Of a DNA stretch of 64,000 nucleotides, positions 37,776 to 50,804 are shown piece after piece. Under the pieces are notes generated by a model. That model worked only from the letters and a program-made list of their open reading frames with translations, searched no databases and was not told where the DNA came from. The position numbers and the translations under genes were made by a program. Positions within the stretch are counted from its first letter, which is position 1; every line of letters starts with the position of its first letter. This DNA is from Raja brachyura. Its lineage: Eukaryota. The DNA lies in contig OY740797.1 in NCBI GenBank assembly GCA_963514005.1, forward strand, positions 12,462,001 to 12,526,000, written 5' to 3'.

Positions 37776-40700
37776 TTCCAAAATGTATTTCTTTCCCCCC
37801 GCCCCCCTCAAACACTAATCTGATTTATTTGTGATTTTGAATATTTCATATACGTACAGCAAATTGTTTTTTCAATGTAGCTCTTCCTACAAAACCAATA
37901 AATGGCCACGTTTACTGAGGTGTGTTTTCTATTCTAAAATAACTTGAGAATCTGCTTTTTTTTTTAAACTCACTACTTTTATCTCCTGTTTTCTACTGGA
38001 TCAGATAACGTCTGTGTCACATTGGTTTGGTTTTTAGTGCAATAAGAAAAAATAAATTAATAATTTAAGGATCTTAATATGATCTCGAGTCGTGACCATC
38101 ATGAGGCAGTTGTCACAATAAAGGTTTTAGCAATGCAAGTTTTTCAGGAATTGAAAATCTCCAGCATCTTGGCTGCTTTGTTCACTGCAGGTCACATTTG
38201 TAATGAAGCTTGGAGCAACTTTTAGAATGAGAATTGGGTTAAATGGATTGTGGACAATCTGAGGAAAGGCGGGCAGATAATAACTTTATCCATCATGTGT
38301 TGCATTCAGTTACTTGTGGCTCTTCAGGAGTTTTTAATTTGCAATAAACATTCATGCATGTAGTTTCCCATTACATTTCTAATTTCTGGCCTGTAATACT
38401 ATAACATAAATGCAAAGATAATGAAGTAAATGGATTTGTCCATTTTGCTCTATCTAAGCCATCATCATTTTATACACTGCAAGCCTACTCATTCCAAGGA
38501 AGACTACTCAAACTTATTCAATGTTCTTTTCATAATTGTGATTTTCCACTCCAGTCAATATCTTTGTAAATTTTCTCTCGATCACCCTCATTGCAGTCAT
38601 ATCGTTCCTCTAATTGGGTGACTAAATATTATTCTGGCCCAACCCCCTCTTTTTTTTTAGTCGCATGCAGAATACAAGAAAATCTCTTTATACCTTAACC
38701 AATGTTCTTGTTGACCTGTACTACCTTAAGCATTTGTGGTCATGGATCTTCACACCATTCAGTGTCTTGCATATTCCTTTCCCTTACTGTACATCCCATG
38801 TGCACCGTCTCATTTTGTCATGGTCTTATCCAACTGACCAGACCATCTACATGTTATGCAATCTAAAACGTTGCTTCACCAGCCATGTAGTCGATTTTTT
38901 TCCAGTGTGCCAACTTTTAATCTACTTTGCTGCTCTGCCTTTGATCATGTGAACTTTTTGCAAAAGTGCCATGTGGCACTGTGTCAAAGCCTTGCTAAAA
39001 TTCCATGTAGTCTACATCAAATATACTGGCCTTGTACACCCACTTTACCTTTTAAAAGAAAATCAATCAAGTTTGACATGACCATCTTTTAATACATCCA
39101 TTCTTGGAGTTGCTGATGAATCTGTACTTTTCCAAATGAATATAGTGTCCCTTGGAATTTTAGTAATGGTTCAAAGATTATCAGCCACTTGGCCAGAACT
39201 GATCAGGCATTTTACAGGCATTAGGATTAGTTGTCGATTAAATTCATTTCGCAACAAATGCAGTAGTTTTATTAACAATTCTTGTGTAAAATCCAATCTT
39301 TCAAAGCATGAGCCGTACCAGGAAAAGTAAAGACCATGAATATATTGAATTGTTTAAAAACCCAAATGATCCCCCATTAATCCGCTTCAGAAAACTCTCT
39401 TGAATACCATATATTGCCTCTGTGGGCCTCAATTCCATGCTGTTATTGCCGCTTGATGTCTTAGATGTTTGAGGATAAACGTGGTAACACATTCCGAGAC
39501 TTATCTTTCTTCTGGTTTTTAATAAAAGCATGTTCTGTCTTCAACTTTTCCTCCTTGGGTTTCATTTTTTGTGATTGAGTTTTAATCTCCCCGCCCACCC
39601 TTCTAGTTTTCCTCAGGATATTAACAGCGTGTATATTTTTGCTGTAGATCTATTCTCTCCTTCCCATATCATCAATTCCCAGCTTTTAATGAATATCTTT
39701 ATTAATTTGCTGCCCCTCGGTCTTGTACATGTGAGAAGGAGTGAACCTGCTTTGGTAACTAGCGCAAGTAAATTCCATTCCTATTTTTTTTTCATATTGG
39801 AATGTGCTTTATGGAAATTGCTCATTCTAGGACATTAAGTAAAGCTTTGTTGAAGCCACTTGTTCTCTCTTAAAGAAATACTCACCTTAAGTGTCAGAAA
39901 AGGATAAATATTTCCTTTTTGGAGAAAGACAAGCAGCCGTTTAATTTGGTAGACTTGTCGAATCAGTCTAGGACTCAAAATAAAATGAGGAAATGTAGTC
40001 AAATTTTAGTAGAGCAATAATTTACATTCACATGTGGATCTATCTTGATGTCATTGTTTGGATTAGAACGTAATAAAATTGATTAATTTTTAAACTCTGT
40101 TCTTATTTTAGAACATCTGTTGAGCAAAGCAGAAATAACAAATCTGCTTTGGAGGCTTGGCTTGCCTCGGAACCAAGAACAATCTTTGAGGTTGCGTAAC
40201 CAGGCACAGTACTGTCATTGTCACACACTGCTGATTTAAGAACTCTGTTTAATCATGCCATAGATTTGCCTTGGAGGTATACGGTTTGGGTTCCATTCCA
40301 CGAATGTTGCTATATTATCCAGACCAGGGTTTTGAATTGCATTTATTCAGTGGGCCTATTTGTGCTTTGGCTTGTCGTGCGAGTGTTTGGCAAGTGTTAT
40401 CTGGATGTACTGCTAGAAACAGCATGTATTTTTGTTTCTTTTGGCCAAGCATGCAGAGTGCAAGGTGATGCTGCTGGTGCCCCCCCCCCCCCCCCCAGTA
40501 AACTGGATTTGATCCAGATAATTGATGTCTACACATCTCCTTGTGATCATGCGCATGTCCCCTGGTAACTTGGTTCCCTCCCGTTTTCCAGAGAGTTGGT
40601 GGGTTAATTGAGTTCTGCAGATCCCCCCTCATTGTAAATGGTTCTTGAGAGAATTGGTACAACCGGTACTTCTGAAAGAGCAGGTGATTAGAAGCGGAAT

Positions 40701-42124
40701 GTGAATGGTTAGGGTTGCTTGGACAACCAGCATAGTATTGAAGGGCTGAATGGCAGCCTCTGCTGTAATAAAATGTGAGATGAAGAAGCATGAGTATAAT
40801 AGACCAAGCTTCCTTTTCCAGCACCTTTGTTGTTCTTGGGCACACCTGCAATTAGTTTTGTTTAGTTTAAATCTGCAATAAATGTTTCTGCACCCGTTCT
40901 AAGAGCTTCTGCCCTGCGTGGGGAATAACCAATTCTATAAAAGCCTGTAAGATTCTCCACACTTTGCGCTTGCTTCTCACTTCCCACAACTGTCACATTT
41001 ACAATTGATCCCCTGCAGATATGGTGCTGTGAAACACTTTGAGGTGTCCACAAATATGACAGATGGAGTAAATGTGTGTCTATTGTAACCAAAGGTGCCT
41101 CCTGCAGCATGAGATAGTTCTGACTGGAAGAAAACCTGATCGGTTGTTTGCAGCTTGCTTTAAAATTTACTTTCTGGGTGAGTTGCAACGTCGTAATTGT
41201 AGAAAGGATTGTAGAAACCAGGAACTGAAAATGCGAGAAAATGGCACAAAGTGCCTGACTAACCATTGATTGTGTTTGTTATCTATGGAAGTGTTTATCT
41301 GAATGCTGTGCAGGAACTTTATCATAGCTGTGGAAGCAGTCCGTCCAGCTAAATGCCTGCTCTTGCTGGAATAGTGAAGGGTTGATTTTTTTTTTTAACT
41401 GAAGTTCGGGCCAACAGCACATACCTGGGGAAATTCTGATTCTATACAAAATATCTGAAGAATGTTGTAAGCAGTTAAACATAAAACGACATTGGCCCAA
41501 ATGTTGATTTTTTTTTCTTTTTTTTTCTTTTCTTTAGAATTTTGGTATTTAGATTCGCAATAAAGCACTTGTAATTTATTGAACAATGCTTTTGTTAGTC
41601 TTTTGGGAGGTTGGTTACAGATTAGTCCCTGAAACCACAAAACGTTAATCAATTTTTAATCTCGTTTGGATTAAACTTTTATTAGTGCAATCATGTAGTC
41701 GGTTTCCTTGGTAATCTAAGTTTCTGGTTACCTTATCTGTTTTCTTGTCATGTTTGTTTTCTTATCAAATGTATTTTCAGGTGGTGGCCTTTTGGATTTC
41801 TTGTTCTCCATCCCGTGGGAAATATTTTAACTTTGTTTGTGTTTGGGCCTAGCCAAGATCACAACAGCACACGTACAAGTGATCATTTATTGGAACTGTC
41901 TCTGGTTTGTTTGCATGCTTATCACAATAATTTCCATTATTATTAGAGACAAATTACTGAAATATTCATGCTGTCGAAATATTTGCACGTCTATCGTGTC
42001 ATGCGATTATACATGCTTGTTTCCTGTCAGCTCTTAAAAATTCTAAGAATTTTATTTCAATTAATTTGCTTTCAGTTTAGTAGATAGATAATTCTGGGGA
42101 AATGTAAAGAGTTGAATCTTTCAG

Positions 42125-42381
42125 TTTAGGTTATAGATACAGCGCGGAAACAGGCTCTTTGGCCCACCGGGTCCGCACCGACCAGCGATCCCTGCATATT
42201 AACACTATCCTACACCCACCAGGGACAGTTTTTACATTTACCAAGCCAATTAATCTACATACCTGTACGTCTTTGGAGTGTGGAAGGAAACCGAAGATCT
42301 CGGAGAAAACCCACACGGGTCACAGCACTCGTAGTCGGGATCGAGCCCGGGTTGGGCAGCAACTCTACCGCTGCGCCACCG
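42125..42381 (-). mobile_element. Young HE1-like tRNA-derived SINE
   Basis: Minus-strand head ACGGTGGCGCAGCGGTAGAGTTGC (A-box-like) and tail TTTCCGCGCTGTATCT resembling the CR1 3' tail; sibling at 59238. Confidence 0.85.
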
Positions 42382-42394
42382 TTACAAAGCCTGG

Positions 42395-42632
42395 TCATAG
42401 TCAACTATTTCAGAGGGTGGAGGATATATGGGACAAGCTGCCAGAGGAGGTAGTTGAGACGGGTACTATCACACATTTAGATGGCTCAATGGAAAGGCAA
42501 GGTATAGAGGGATATGGGATAAACATGGACAGGTGGGACTGGTGTAGATGGGGCACCTTAGTTGGCATAAGTAGGTTGGGCCGAAGGGCCTGTTTGTGCT
42601 TTATGCTCTATAACTTCAGACTCTATAACTCT
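42395..42632 (+). mobile_element. CR1 LINE 3' end
   Basis: cagagggtgg..atatgggacaagctgccagaggaggtagttgag...ggttgggccgaagggcctgtt, with (actctata)-like tail. Confidence 0.85.
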
Positions 42633-44831
42633 AAGAGGTCCTCAATGTGTGGAAGAAGTTTTAAACTTGAGTTTTTTAAACAGGGTAAAAGCTTTTTTCC
42701 CCCTCGTCAACGAATGAAAGGGCTTCAACTGACCTTTTGCCACTTTCTAATACTTAATTCCCTTGAGTCCATTGAAATTGTTGCCTCGTACAAAGCTGTG
42801 GTCAAAGATCATGAAGGAGTTGAGGATGTCATATTATTTAAAAACCATAGAGCAAAATGTACTTGCAGCAATACCATATGGGAGACTACTATCAAATTTG
42901 CATGAATTGGGTGATGTAAGGAGACCTTGGGCATGGTCTTGGTGACAGCAAAGTAAATGTACTGTTTAACAAATGTGTCTTGGCTTGTTTTGACTTAAAT
43001 AGCATTCACCTTTAACACTGACAGTGGATGGGGCGACCAAGCTGCAAGGATGAGGGAGCAAAGTTTAAACAATCAATCTATGGCCCAGATCATGTTTGTA
43101 ATACCATTCTTCTGATAGCTGACAATATTGCGTAGGCCATTGTAATCCCTGCTTCCTTGCTGTGTGCTGTCGGAGTTGCTACTGCTCCACTTGGCACTTG
43201 CTCGATTGTCCCTGGCCCTTCTGCTTTGCACCAGCCCAGCAAAATCCCATTCATTTCATTTGGATCACTGACGTTGCGTGGGGAAAAATAATTGGTTTGG
43301 TGTTTCATTTAGTAGCACTTAAAATTGACTCGTAAACAAAATATTTAATATTAAATCTTTCCAATGTCCAGTCCGACATATTGGAAGTGGTTGGAAAGGC
43401 CACCTGACGACACAACTTATGGCCATTTGGGTAGGGCCTCGTCTGCCGCCTGCGAACTGCTCTGCCTCCTGAGGTGACTATGGCAGCAATGCTTCCAGCT
43501 TCATTCCACCTGCAACCCTGTGGATCATTTAAAGTACAGGTTTGCGCCGAGCATAATTTGTCTCCAGTTATCGGGAGGGGCAATATGAATGCCTCGACCT
43601 GATGTGAATCTGTTTGCTGTTAAGAGTGTCTTGGAATGGACAAAATGTGGGAGTGGCATTTCTTGGTACTGAGGGGTTGTTTTTGCCCAAAATCGCTGAA
43701 CGGATAAAACCTGGACTGGAGCCGAGGGAAGATATTAATCTCACTGAATAAATACATCAAGTAGCACACTGATTTATTTGTGTTCTGGGATGGGAAGTAC
43801 ATGCATTCCAAGTATTTGGTTTGTGAAAAGCAAGGTATTGCAGGAATGCATAATTCCAACCAGTCATTCCTCATTCTTTACCTGAATGTCTTTGCTTAAT
43901 GTATTCCTTTCATGTACTGCTGGGCAGTGTGCGTAATCGGATTGCTCACAACAACTGATTTACTGATAATTGAATCAGGTGATTCATCGCTGTATTGAAT
44001 GGAATGTGTAGTCAGATACCACAAGTTGCACATCATTCCGTGTATGCGGTGCGCAGGCACACTTCGCTATGTTACAGCAGTTGCATTGTTTGCTAGTAGA
44101 TAGCTAATGTTTACAACAAAGCCATACCCTATTCCCATCTGTAGCAATCATCTCTGACAATGCCGGGAATTATGTTTTTAGCGTAAATTAAAATATTATA
44201 GTGCGGAATGGTTCAAGAATTACTCAGCAGAACAGGTGGTTTTACCAGCTTAAAATTGCGTAATAGTTGAGGTGAATTTAATATTTTGGTCAGCCCACAC
44301 GGTCAAATGCCTAACATATCACTACATGCAGGATTCTGAATAAAATCAATCCTCAGTTCCTTCTGATAGGCCTGCTGTGGTGAATGCTCCTGAGGATTTT
44401 AAACACTGCAGTGCATTTTCAGGATAATTTGACGATTTTTACTTTTGGCTTGGAGGAGTCCTCGCCCTTCAAGGTTGGCCTAGTATTAGTTTGGGGTCAA
44501 CTGCCATGCAAGCATTTAGTTGCTCCAGCACATCAAGTGAATTGTACACTTGGAACCCAAAGCGTCATCTGTCCACTCTCTCCACAGATGCTACCTGTCC
44601 CACTGAATTACACCAGCATTTTGTCTTACTGATATAAACCATCATCTGCAGTTCCTTTTTATTACATACGTGAGCAGTACACTAGGGGAAATGAATGTAT
44701 CAATACTAGGGTACTAATAGTACTTACAATCGTAAAGCTGTTAACTGGACTAGAGTGGTGCACTACTCCAATTTACTTGTATTTTCCTTAAGCGTGGCAG
44801 GGTGTACATTTGACACATTCGCATCTGGTAC

Positions 44832-44930
44832 CAGTCTGAAGAAGGGTTTCGGCCCGAAACATTGCCTATTTCCTTAGCTCCATATATGCTGCTGCACCCG
44901 CTGAGTTTCTCCAGCACTTTTGTCTACCTT
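44832..44930 (+). mobile_element. Penelope-derived short repeat (same subfamily as 12904)
   Basis: cagtctgaagaagggtttcggcccgaaacattgcctatttcc...gctgctgcacccgctgagtttctccagc. Confidence 0.8.
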
Positions 44931-46077
44931 TGATCTCATGTGACATGTCTAGCTTTGTGTTATGTTCTGTTTATTAGATGGTTAAAAATTGGCCGTTCTG
45001 GATGTATAGTATGTGGGCTAGAGTGGGCAAAAATCTGTGAATTCCCTTTTCACACGAGTGAACATGATGAGCTCTATGAATCTGCAAAGTTGCCATCCTC
45101 TATTATTGTCAGTAGATTTTAATTATCTGTTGCTGCTTTAGCCAAATTTTAAATTCTCCATTATCTATTTTGATTTTACGTTTGTGTCAGTCTAGATCTA
45201 TAGGTATAGCTATTGATGTGTGACTAATATCTGGATGGAACTGCTTAAGCATGTAGGTTATGGGTTAAATACCTGGTAGTTAACCCTTGATCTACATGCG
45301 TAAGTGGAACAACCGGCTAAAGGGCCGGAGGCAGTTAGGGTTGGGATACAATCTTGTTTAGATTCTGTACATGCTGTCTCCACTAGTCAATCAGTATTCT
45401 TTACATCACCTTTTACACCAGACTATGTGATGCTTGCCTCCGTCTAATGTCCTGTGATGTGGCTGCAAGCTGTTGAAGCGCATTGTGAATAAGCATCCTG
45501 ATAACCGGACATGCTATTTAATATATTTGAAGGAAGTTTAATACATTTTTCATTCTAAACCTAAAACAATTGGTTGGATAGGTGTTATATGAATATTCCT
45601 GGAGGGGAGAATAATTGGACGGTTCCTCTAATTGGGGAAAACTCCCTAAACCTTGCAGTCGCATAAATGAGATTCTTACAGTTATGTGTTTTAATTGCTG
45701 CAATTTTGCTCGGATCTCTGGTGTGATAAGACTATTATCAAAAGGGGGTCTGATGTGATCTTAATGGTTTTCTGGCACTTTGGCTACTTGTCCGTTCAGA
45801 TTTGTCCCAAGAAGAGACCTGACTGAGTTCCTCCAGCACTTTTTGTTTACAGTAGAAATGGGATGTCAGGTCAAGGTTGCGCATGTGAATGATGTGGTCA
45901 GTCCATGTGGTCAACTGAATGACTAAAGCTGCAATATTGTAGATGTTAACCTGGGAGAGGATGCTGCTTGTTGGTCTGCTTATTCTTGGAGAATTCATTG
46001 GAGGATGTGAAGGATTTAGCAGCAACCCATTTTGTGATGTTCCGTTACCTAGAGATGCCGGCTATGAGACGTCCAAG

Positions 46078-46318
46078 TCTCAGTTCAGTTTATTGTCACG
46101 TGTACCGAGGTACAGTGAAAAGCATTTGTTGAGTGCTATCCAGTCCAGTGAAAGACAATGCATGATTACACTCGAGCCCTTTATAGTGTATAGATGCATG
46201 ATAAAGGGAATAACGTTTGGTTCCAGGTAAAGCCCGCAAAGTCCGATCAAGGCTAGTCCGAGGGTCACCAAAGAGTTAGATAGTAGTTCAGCGCTGCTCT
46301 CTGGTTGTGGTAGGATGG
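46078..46318 (-). mobile_element. LINE 3'UTR fragment (Rex1/Babar-like)
   Basis: tttattgtcacgtgtaccgaggtacagtgaaaagc is the reverse complement of the tail following the Rex1-type copy at ~56250 (gctttt..ctgtacctcggtacac). Confidence 0.6.
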
Positions 46319-46320
46319 TA

Positions 46321-46828
46321 CAATAGACAATAGGTGCAGGAGTAGGCCATTCGGCCCTTCAAGCCAGCACCGTCATTCAATGTGATCATGGCTGATCATC
46401 CCCAATCAGTACCCCGTTCCTGCCTTCTCCCCATATCCCCTGACTCCACTATCTGTAAGAGCCCTATCTAGCTCTCTCTTGAAAGTATACAGAGAACTGG
46501 CCTCCACCGCCCTCTGAGGCAGAGAATTCCATGGACTCGCAACTCTCTGAGAGAAAAAAGTTTCCTCGTCTCCGTTCTAAATAGCTTACCCCTTATTCTT
46601 AACCTGTGGCCCCTGGTTCTGGACTCCCCCAACATCAGGAACCCGTTTCCTGCCTCTAGTGTGTCCAAACCCTTAATAATCGTATATGTTTCAATAAGAT
46701 TCCCTCTCACCCTTCTAAACTCCAGAATATACAAGCCCAGCCGCTCCATTCTCTTAGCATATGACAGTCCCGCCATCCCGGGAATTAACCTTGTAAACCT
46801 ACACTGCACTCCCTCAATAGCAAGAATG
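46321..46828 (-). mobile_element. Young CR1 LINE 3' end with (CAATAGA)n tail
   Basis: ORF 46468-46869 reads ILAIEGVQCRFTRLIPGMAGLSY..RMERLGLY.LEFRR.RG.LIETY.IIKGLD...SRTRGH.LRIRG. Confidence 0.93.
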
Positions 46829-48262
46829 ACCAGGTTCAGTTGCCTGGTCATTGATGCCTGACAGACCATGAGTTTTATGCCAGGTCAAGTGCATTGGTGA
46901 ATTTTATTGATGTCTGCCTTCACCTGAGAGGTGCGTCTACCATAGGGGAAATGGTACCATTGTCTTTTTTTTTAATTGTTAGAGGACTATGTGATGCAGC
47001 TGGGGAAAGGTGTTATTTCAGAAGTATTAGCAGTACATCTTAATTATTTTAACATATTAAATGAATTTATTAGTTACTGTAGAGTCTTCCACTAATTCTA
47101 TTCTAACTGTACATATCCTCCATCTAAACTAATCCTTTGAAGAAAATAGTGCCATTACTCATGAGAGTCAATGGTGACTAGTATACAGTGTAGCTGAAAC
47201 TGTTTTGAATCCAGGGTACTAAATTGTAAAGAAAAAGCTCTTTTAACATTTGTTTCCTGTCTGTGCTGCTGGCTATTGTGTAACCAGCAACAATGCTGAA
47301 GAGTTGAACAATCAGGCAGCTATATGAGAGTTGCTCTTTTAGCAAGAAAGGTAAATGCTGTAAATTTGAGCCATTGCTGGGGTATTTTTGGTCCAGAAAA
47401 GCATGATACTTCAGGAGGTAAAATAGGCTTAAAATTAAGACTGCCAAATGAGATTTAAACGACCTAAAAACTTGCTTGCACAGATGAATTCTTGAGGGAA
47501 GGGTGGTGAAGTAGAAGATTGCTTGGGGAATTCCACAACAAACACCAGGCTGTGGTGAGATAGCAACAATGGAAGAAAGGGAGTAAGGAATGCACGAAAG
47601 TTGAGTTATACAGTGTTTGGGCAGGAAGTTGAAAATAATTTTGTGCAATGGGGTGGGTTGGACCAAAGGTCATAGAGCGGTGCAAGATGCTCCACTCCTA
47701 CGTAATCCAACGCACTGAGGTGTAGTACGTAACGGAGCGTCACGGCCTCCATCTTTCAATGCAAAACACGACTTGCGTTATGCCTCTCACAGTGTAATCC
47801 GTGTTGTTGGGGAACAGTGTGTGATGTAGCTCATCTATCACTTCACATATTTTAGTTAATTTTATTTTTAAATGTTTTCCCCCTGCTTAATCTATATTTC
47901 TGGCCATTTCATTCCCATTCTTCCTCCCCAGCCCCCTCCTTATGCAGTTTCCCTAGTATTGCTTTAGCACGCATTGTGCACAAAATAAATATATGTGTGT
48001 GTATGTGTATAAGCTAAACAGCACATAAAGATATGACATATGGGGTCAAATTTCAAATTCCTTGACAAGCACTTTATTGGGTTCATGACTAACATAGTAT
48101 CAACAACAAATATAAGAAAAGATAGCACATTGACGGCAAGTCTCCGAAAATAGCATCAGACTACACAAATACATTTTGTGTAACAGTTGTCGCGTGGTGT
48201 CCACCAGAGACCTGGTTGGCACAGTAAGTGCACATATTTCTTATTCCTTTCTATGTTTATGA

Positions 48263-48801
48263 CAGGCACTTGCCGTGAGCAATTAGTCAGGGTAGGCAGT
48301 CAGTATCTTTGGTCAGTCGGCTTTTAAAGCAAATCTTGAAAACCGCGCATGCGCAGATTGTTCTCTCCCCGGTGAGCTGTCAGTTGGCTTTTAAAGGAAA
48401 CTTGCGCTGCACACGCACATGAGCAGTGCGCTGCGCAGCACATGCATGTAGTTCATGTTGTAAAGGCAGAATTTCAACTGCCTTTATGGACCGTTGCCAC
48501 TGACAGCTTGAAGCAGCGTAGACGGCTTCCGCTTGGTAAATGTACTGCGGATGAAAGGCATGGGAGAATTATGCCTACCTAAGAGATCGATCTCTTTTAT
48601 TTGATTATAAAAATTGATTATAATGACATACCTGCAGAATGGATGATATTTCACTTAAGTGCAATTGTTTTTAGTTGTGGGGAGAGACCTGTAAATTGAA
48701 GATGCATTTTGCCGTTACTATTTATACTTAATAGTTACCATTTTATAATTTTATTCAGGGTAGGCACTGCCTACCTTGCCTACCCTGACGGCACTGGCCT
48801 G
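48263..48801. mobile_element. hAT-like MITE nested in the P-like element
   Basis: Termini CAGGCACTTGCCGT / ACGGCACTGGCCTG (11/14 complementary), subterminal AGGGTAGGCA repeats at both ends, flanks GTTTATGA / ATTGATGA (6/8, putative 8-bp TSD). Confidence 0.55.
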
Positions 48802-49254
48802 ATTGATGAATACCACATGGAACAATAACATTGCAAACACCATTTCCACTTAATTCACCTGATCATGTAGTAGAATACTGCATCCATCTGAGTGGACACC
48901 GCATGTGATCTAAACGGTACATTACCTTATGGATCTGAGTGCCATAGATGGCTGATGAGACAGTGTGTTGCCAAATTGCAGATCGGCTCAGTTTCTTAGT
49001 TTTGATGACCAATATTATGTAAACAATTTACGATATAGATGTATATGTACAAGGAAAAAACTTATTTCCGTTATTCATGGCAATATTTACATAATTTACG
49101 TTTTGTGTGCTAGATATAGAGGGTTGCAGTATTTTGCATATCAGCTAACCAATGAAAGTGATGTAAAATTCAACAGATTTTAAACAATGATAGCCCCACC
49201 CCTTGCTTACCCCAAAGGACAAAATTTCCAACTATTATACAATAATAAATAAAT

Positions 49255-49509
49255 CGTCATTTGCACAATTTTGTGTGGGTAACGGGAAGTTCTCATTCTT
49301 CCTCTTGAGTGACCTGCGTTTGGAAAACAGACGTATCGACGGGTTAGGGATGTCAAATAGCGTTGGAACTGCATTCCAATTTAGCCTGTTATTGGTCTGT
49401 CTGTTGGAAAACTGGTCAAGTTCAGTGTTCAGAACAAAGAGAGCAGGTGTTTGACAAGTACACCGGAGTTCAGTGTAGTTCTTGAGTATTCTGGACCCGC
49501 TGTCGACAT
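49255..49509 (-). pseudogene. THAP domain remnant, exon 2
   Basis: Acceptor ttttctgtaatttcag|A; then CRQRVQNTQELH*TPVYLSNTCSLCSEH-[frameshift]-ELDQFSNRQTNNRLNWNAVPTLFDIPNP...KRRSLKRK. Contains LCSEH(F) and the AVPTLF box (49355-49372). Confidence 0.85.
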
Positions 49510-49808
49510 CTGAAATTACAGAAAATATCATATAGGATTAACTAATAAGAAAAAAATTGATTATAATGACATACCTGCAGAATGGATGATATTTCACTTA
49601 AGTGCAATTGTTTTCAGTTGTGGGGAGAGACCTGTATATTGAAGATGCATTTTGCCACTAATATGTCAATTTACCTTAAATATAGAAGAGCTTATTAAAA
49701 TCTTCTTACATAGACCATTTAAGTATTTTCTTTCTATCCTCTTTTGGACCTAAGACACTAGCAGGGCTGCCAACTCTCAGGCAGAGAGAGCGACGGGGGG
49801 GGGGGGGG

Positions 49809-50270
49809 GGCAGATAGGGCAGAGGCAGAGAGAGAGGCAGATAGGGCAGAGGCAGAGAGAGAGGCAGATAGGGCAGAGGCAGAGAGAGAGAGGCAGATAG
49901 GGCAGAGGCAGAGAGAGAGAGGCAGATAGGGCAGAGGCAGAGAGAGAGAGGCAGATAGGGCAGAGGCAGCGAGAGAGGCAGATAGGGCAGAGGCAGAGAG
50001 AGAGGCAGATAGGGCAGAGGCAGAGAGAGGCAGATAGGGCAGAGGCAGAGAGAGAGGCAGATAGGGCAGAGGCAGAGAGAGAGGCAGATAGGGCAGAGGC
50101 AGAGAGAGAGGGAGGCAGATAGGGCAGAGGCAGAGAGGGAGGCAGATAGGGCAGAGGCAGAGGCAGATAGGGCAGAGACAGAGGGAGAGGCAGATAGGGC
50201 AGAGACAGAGGGAGAGGCAGATAGGGCAGAGACAGAGAGAGAGGGGCAGATAGGGCAGAGACAGACAGAG
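49809..50270. repeat. Purine-rich minisatellite (GGCAGATAGGGCAGAGGCA(GA)n) in the THAP intron
   Basis: Many tandem ~25-31-bp units are visible; they explain the low-complexity ORFs 49706-50329 and 49777-50409. Confidence 0.95.
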
Positions 50271-50716
50271 AGGAACAACGGAACGTTATAACGCGCAGCC
50301 GTCCCATTCTGACCGCCGCTGATCCCCACCGCACCATTGCACCCTTCTTCACGGCGGCCCAGTGATGTCTCGGCTTTGACAATTCGAGGGATCTAACCGT
50401 TATCAACACTAAGAGCAGCCCCGGTCCGCCGCGCTCCCCGACTCGAATCTGAGCTTGAAAAATCTCATGATGGCCTGATGTGTCCCGCAGGCCATATTAT
50501 GGAGACTCCTGCCTTACAAGAACAAAAACTAAAATGTACAGAAGTACAAAAATTGATGACTTTATTATTGTGGTAAGTGTAGATCTATTAAAAAAAAATC
50601 TAATAACTTTCTAATGTACCGACAAGCCTAGTTTCCCAATGACCGTTGATGGTGGAACAGAAAATAACATTTTCAGAACAGAATAACATCGACTGAAAAC
50701 AATAATATTTCCTCGC

Positions 50717-50804
50717 CTTTTATGTTATTTGGGAACCTGAAGAGAGGCGGGCAGGGTCCTCTACATTGGCGATTAGAGTAATTTATAGCAGAACAGTCAG
50801 CTGT
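50717..50804 (-). pseudogene. THAP domain remnant, exon 1
   Basis: Reads (T)ADCSAINYSNRQCRGPCPPLFRFPNNIK, matching the THAP N-terminus C.A.NC.N.......FRFP with the second Cys changed to Tyr and no ATG. It is followed by a donor-like AG|GCGAGG and starts ~120 bp inside the right TIR. Confidence 0.75.

Noticed and set aside
42355-42381. tRNA-like A-box sequence
   Set aside because: It is the head of a SINE; no complete cloverleaf is present.
42159-42905. Longest ORF in the window (248 aa)
   Set aside because: A chance read-through across an antisense SINE, a CR1 tail and unique DNA, with no coherent domain.
48060-48240. Minus-strand LTVPTRSLVDTTRQL plus AATAAA (48073-48078) as the transposase C-terminus and polyA site
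   Set aside because: Position and orientation fit, but the similarity is too weak to call without an alignment.
49761-49780. CAGGGCTGCCAACT, a hAT-like terminus before the minisatellite
   Set aside because: I could not find a partner TIR or TSD, so a second nested element is not supported.
49706-50409. Two >200-aa ORFs (SASALSAS, LCLCPIC and LPLPYLP repeats)
   Set aside because: Pure minisatellite translation within the THAP intron.
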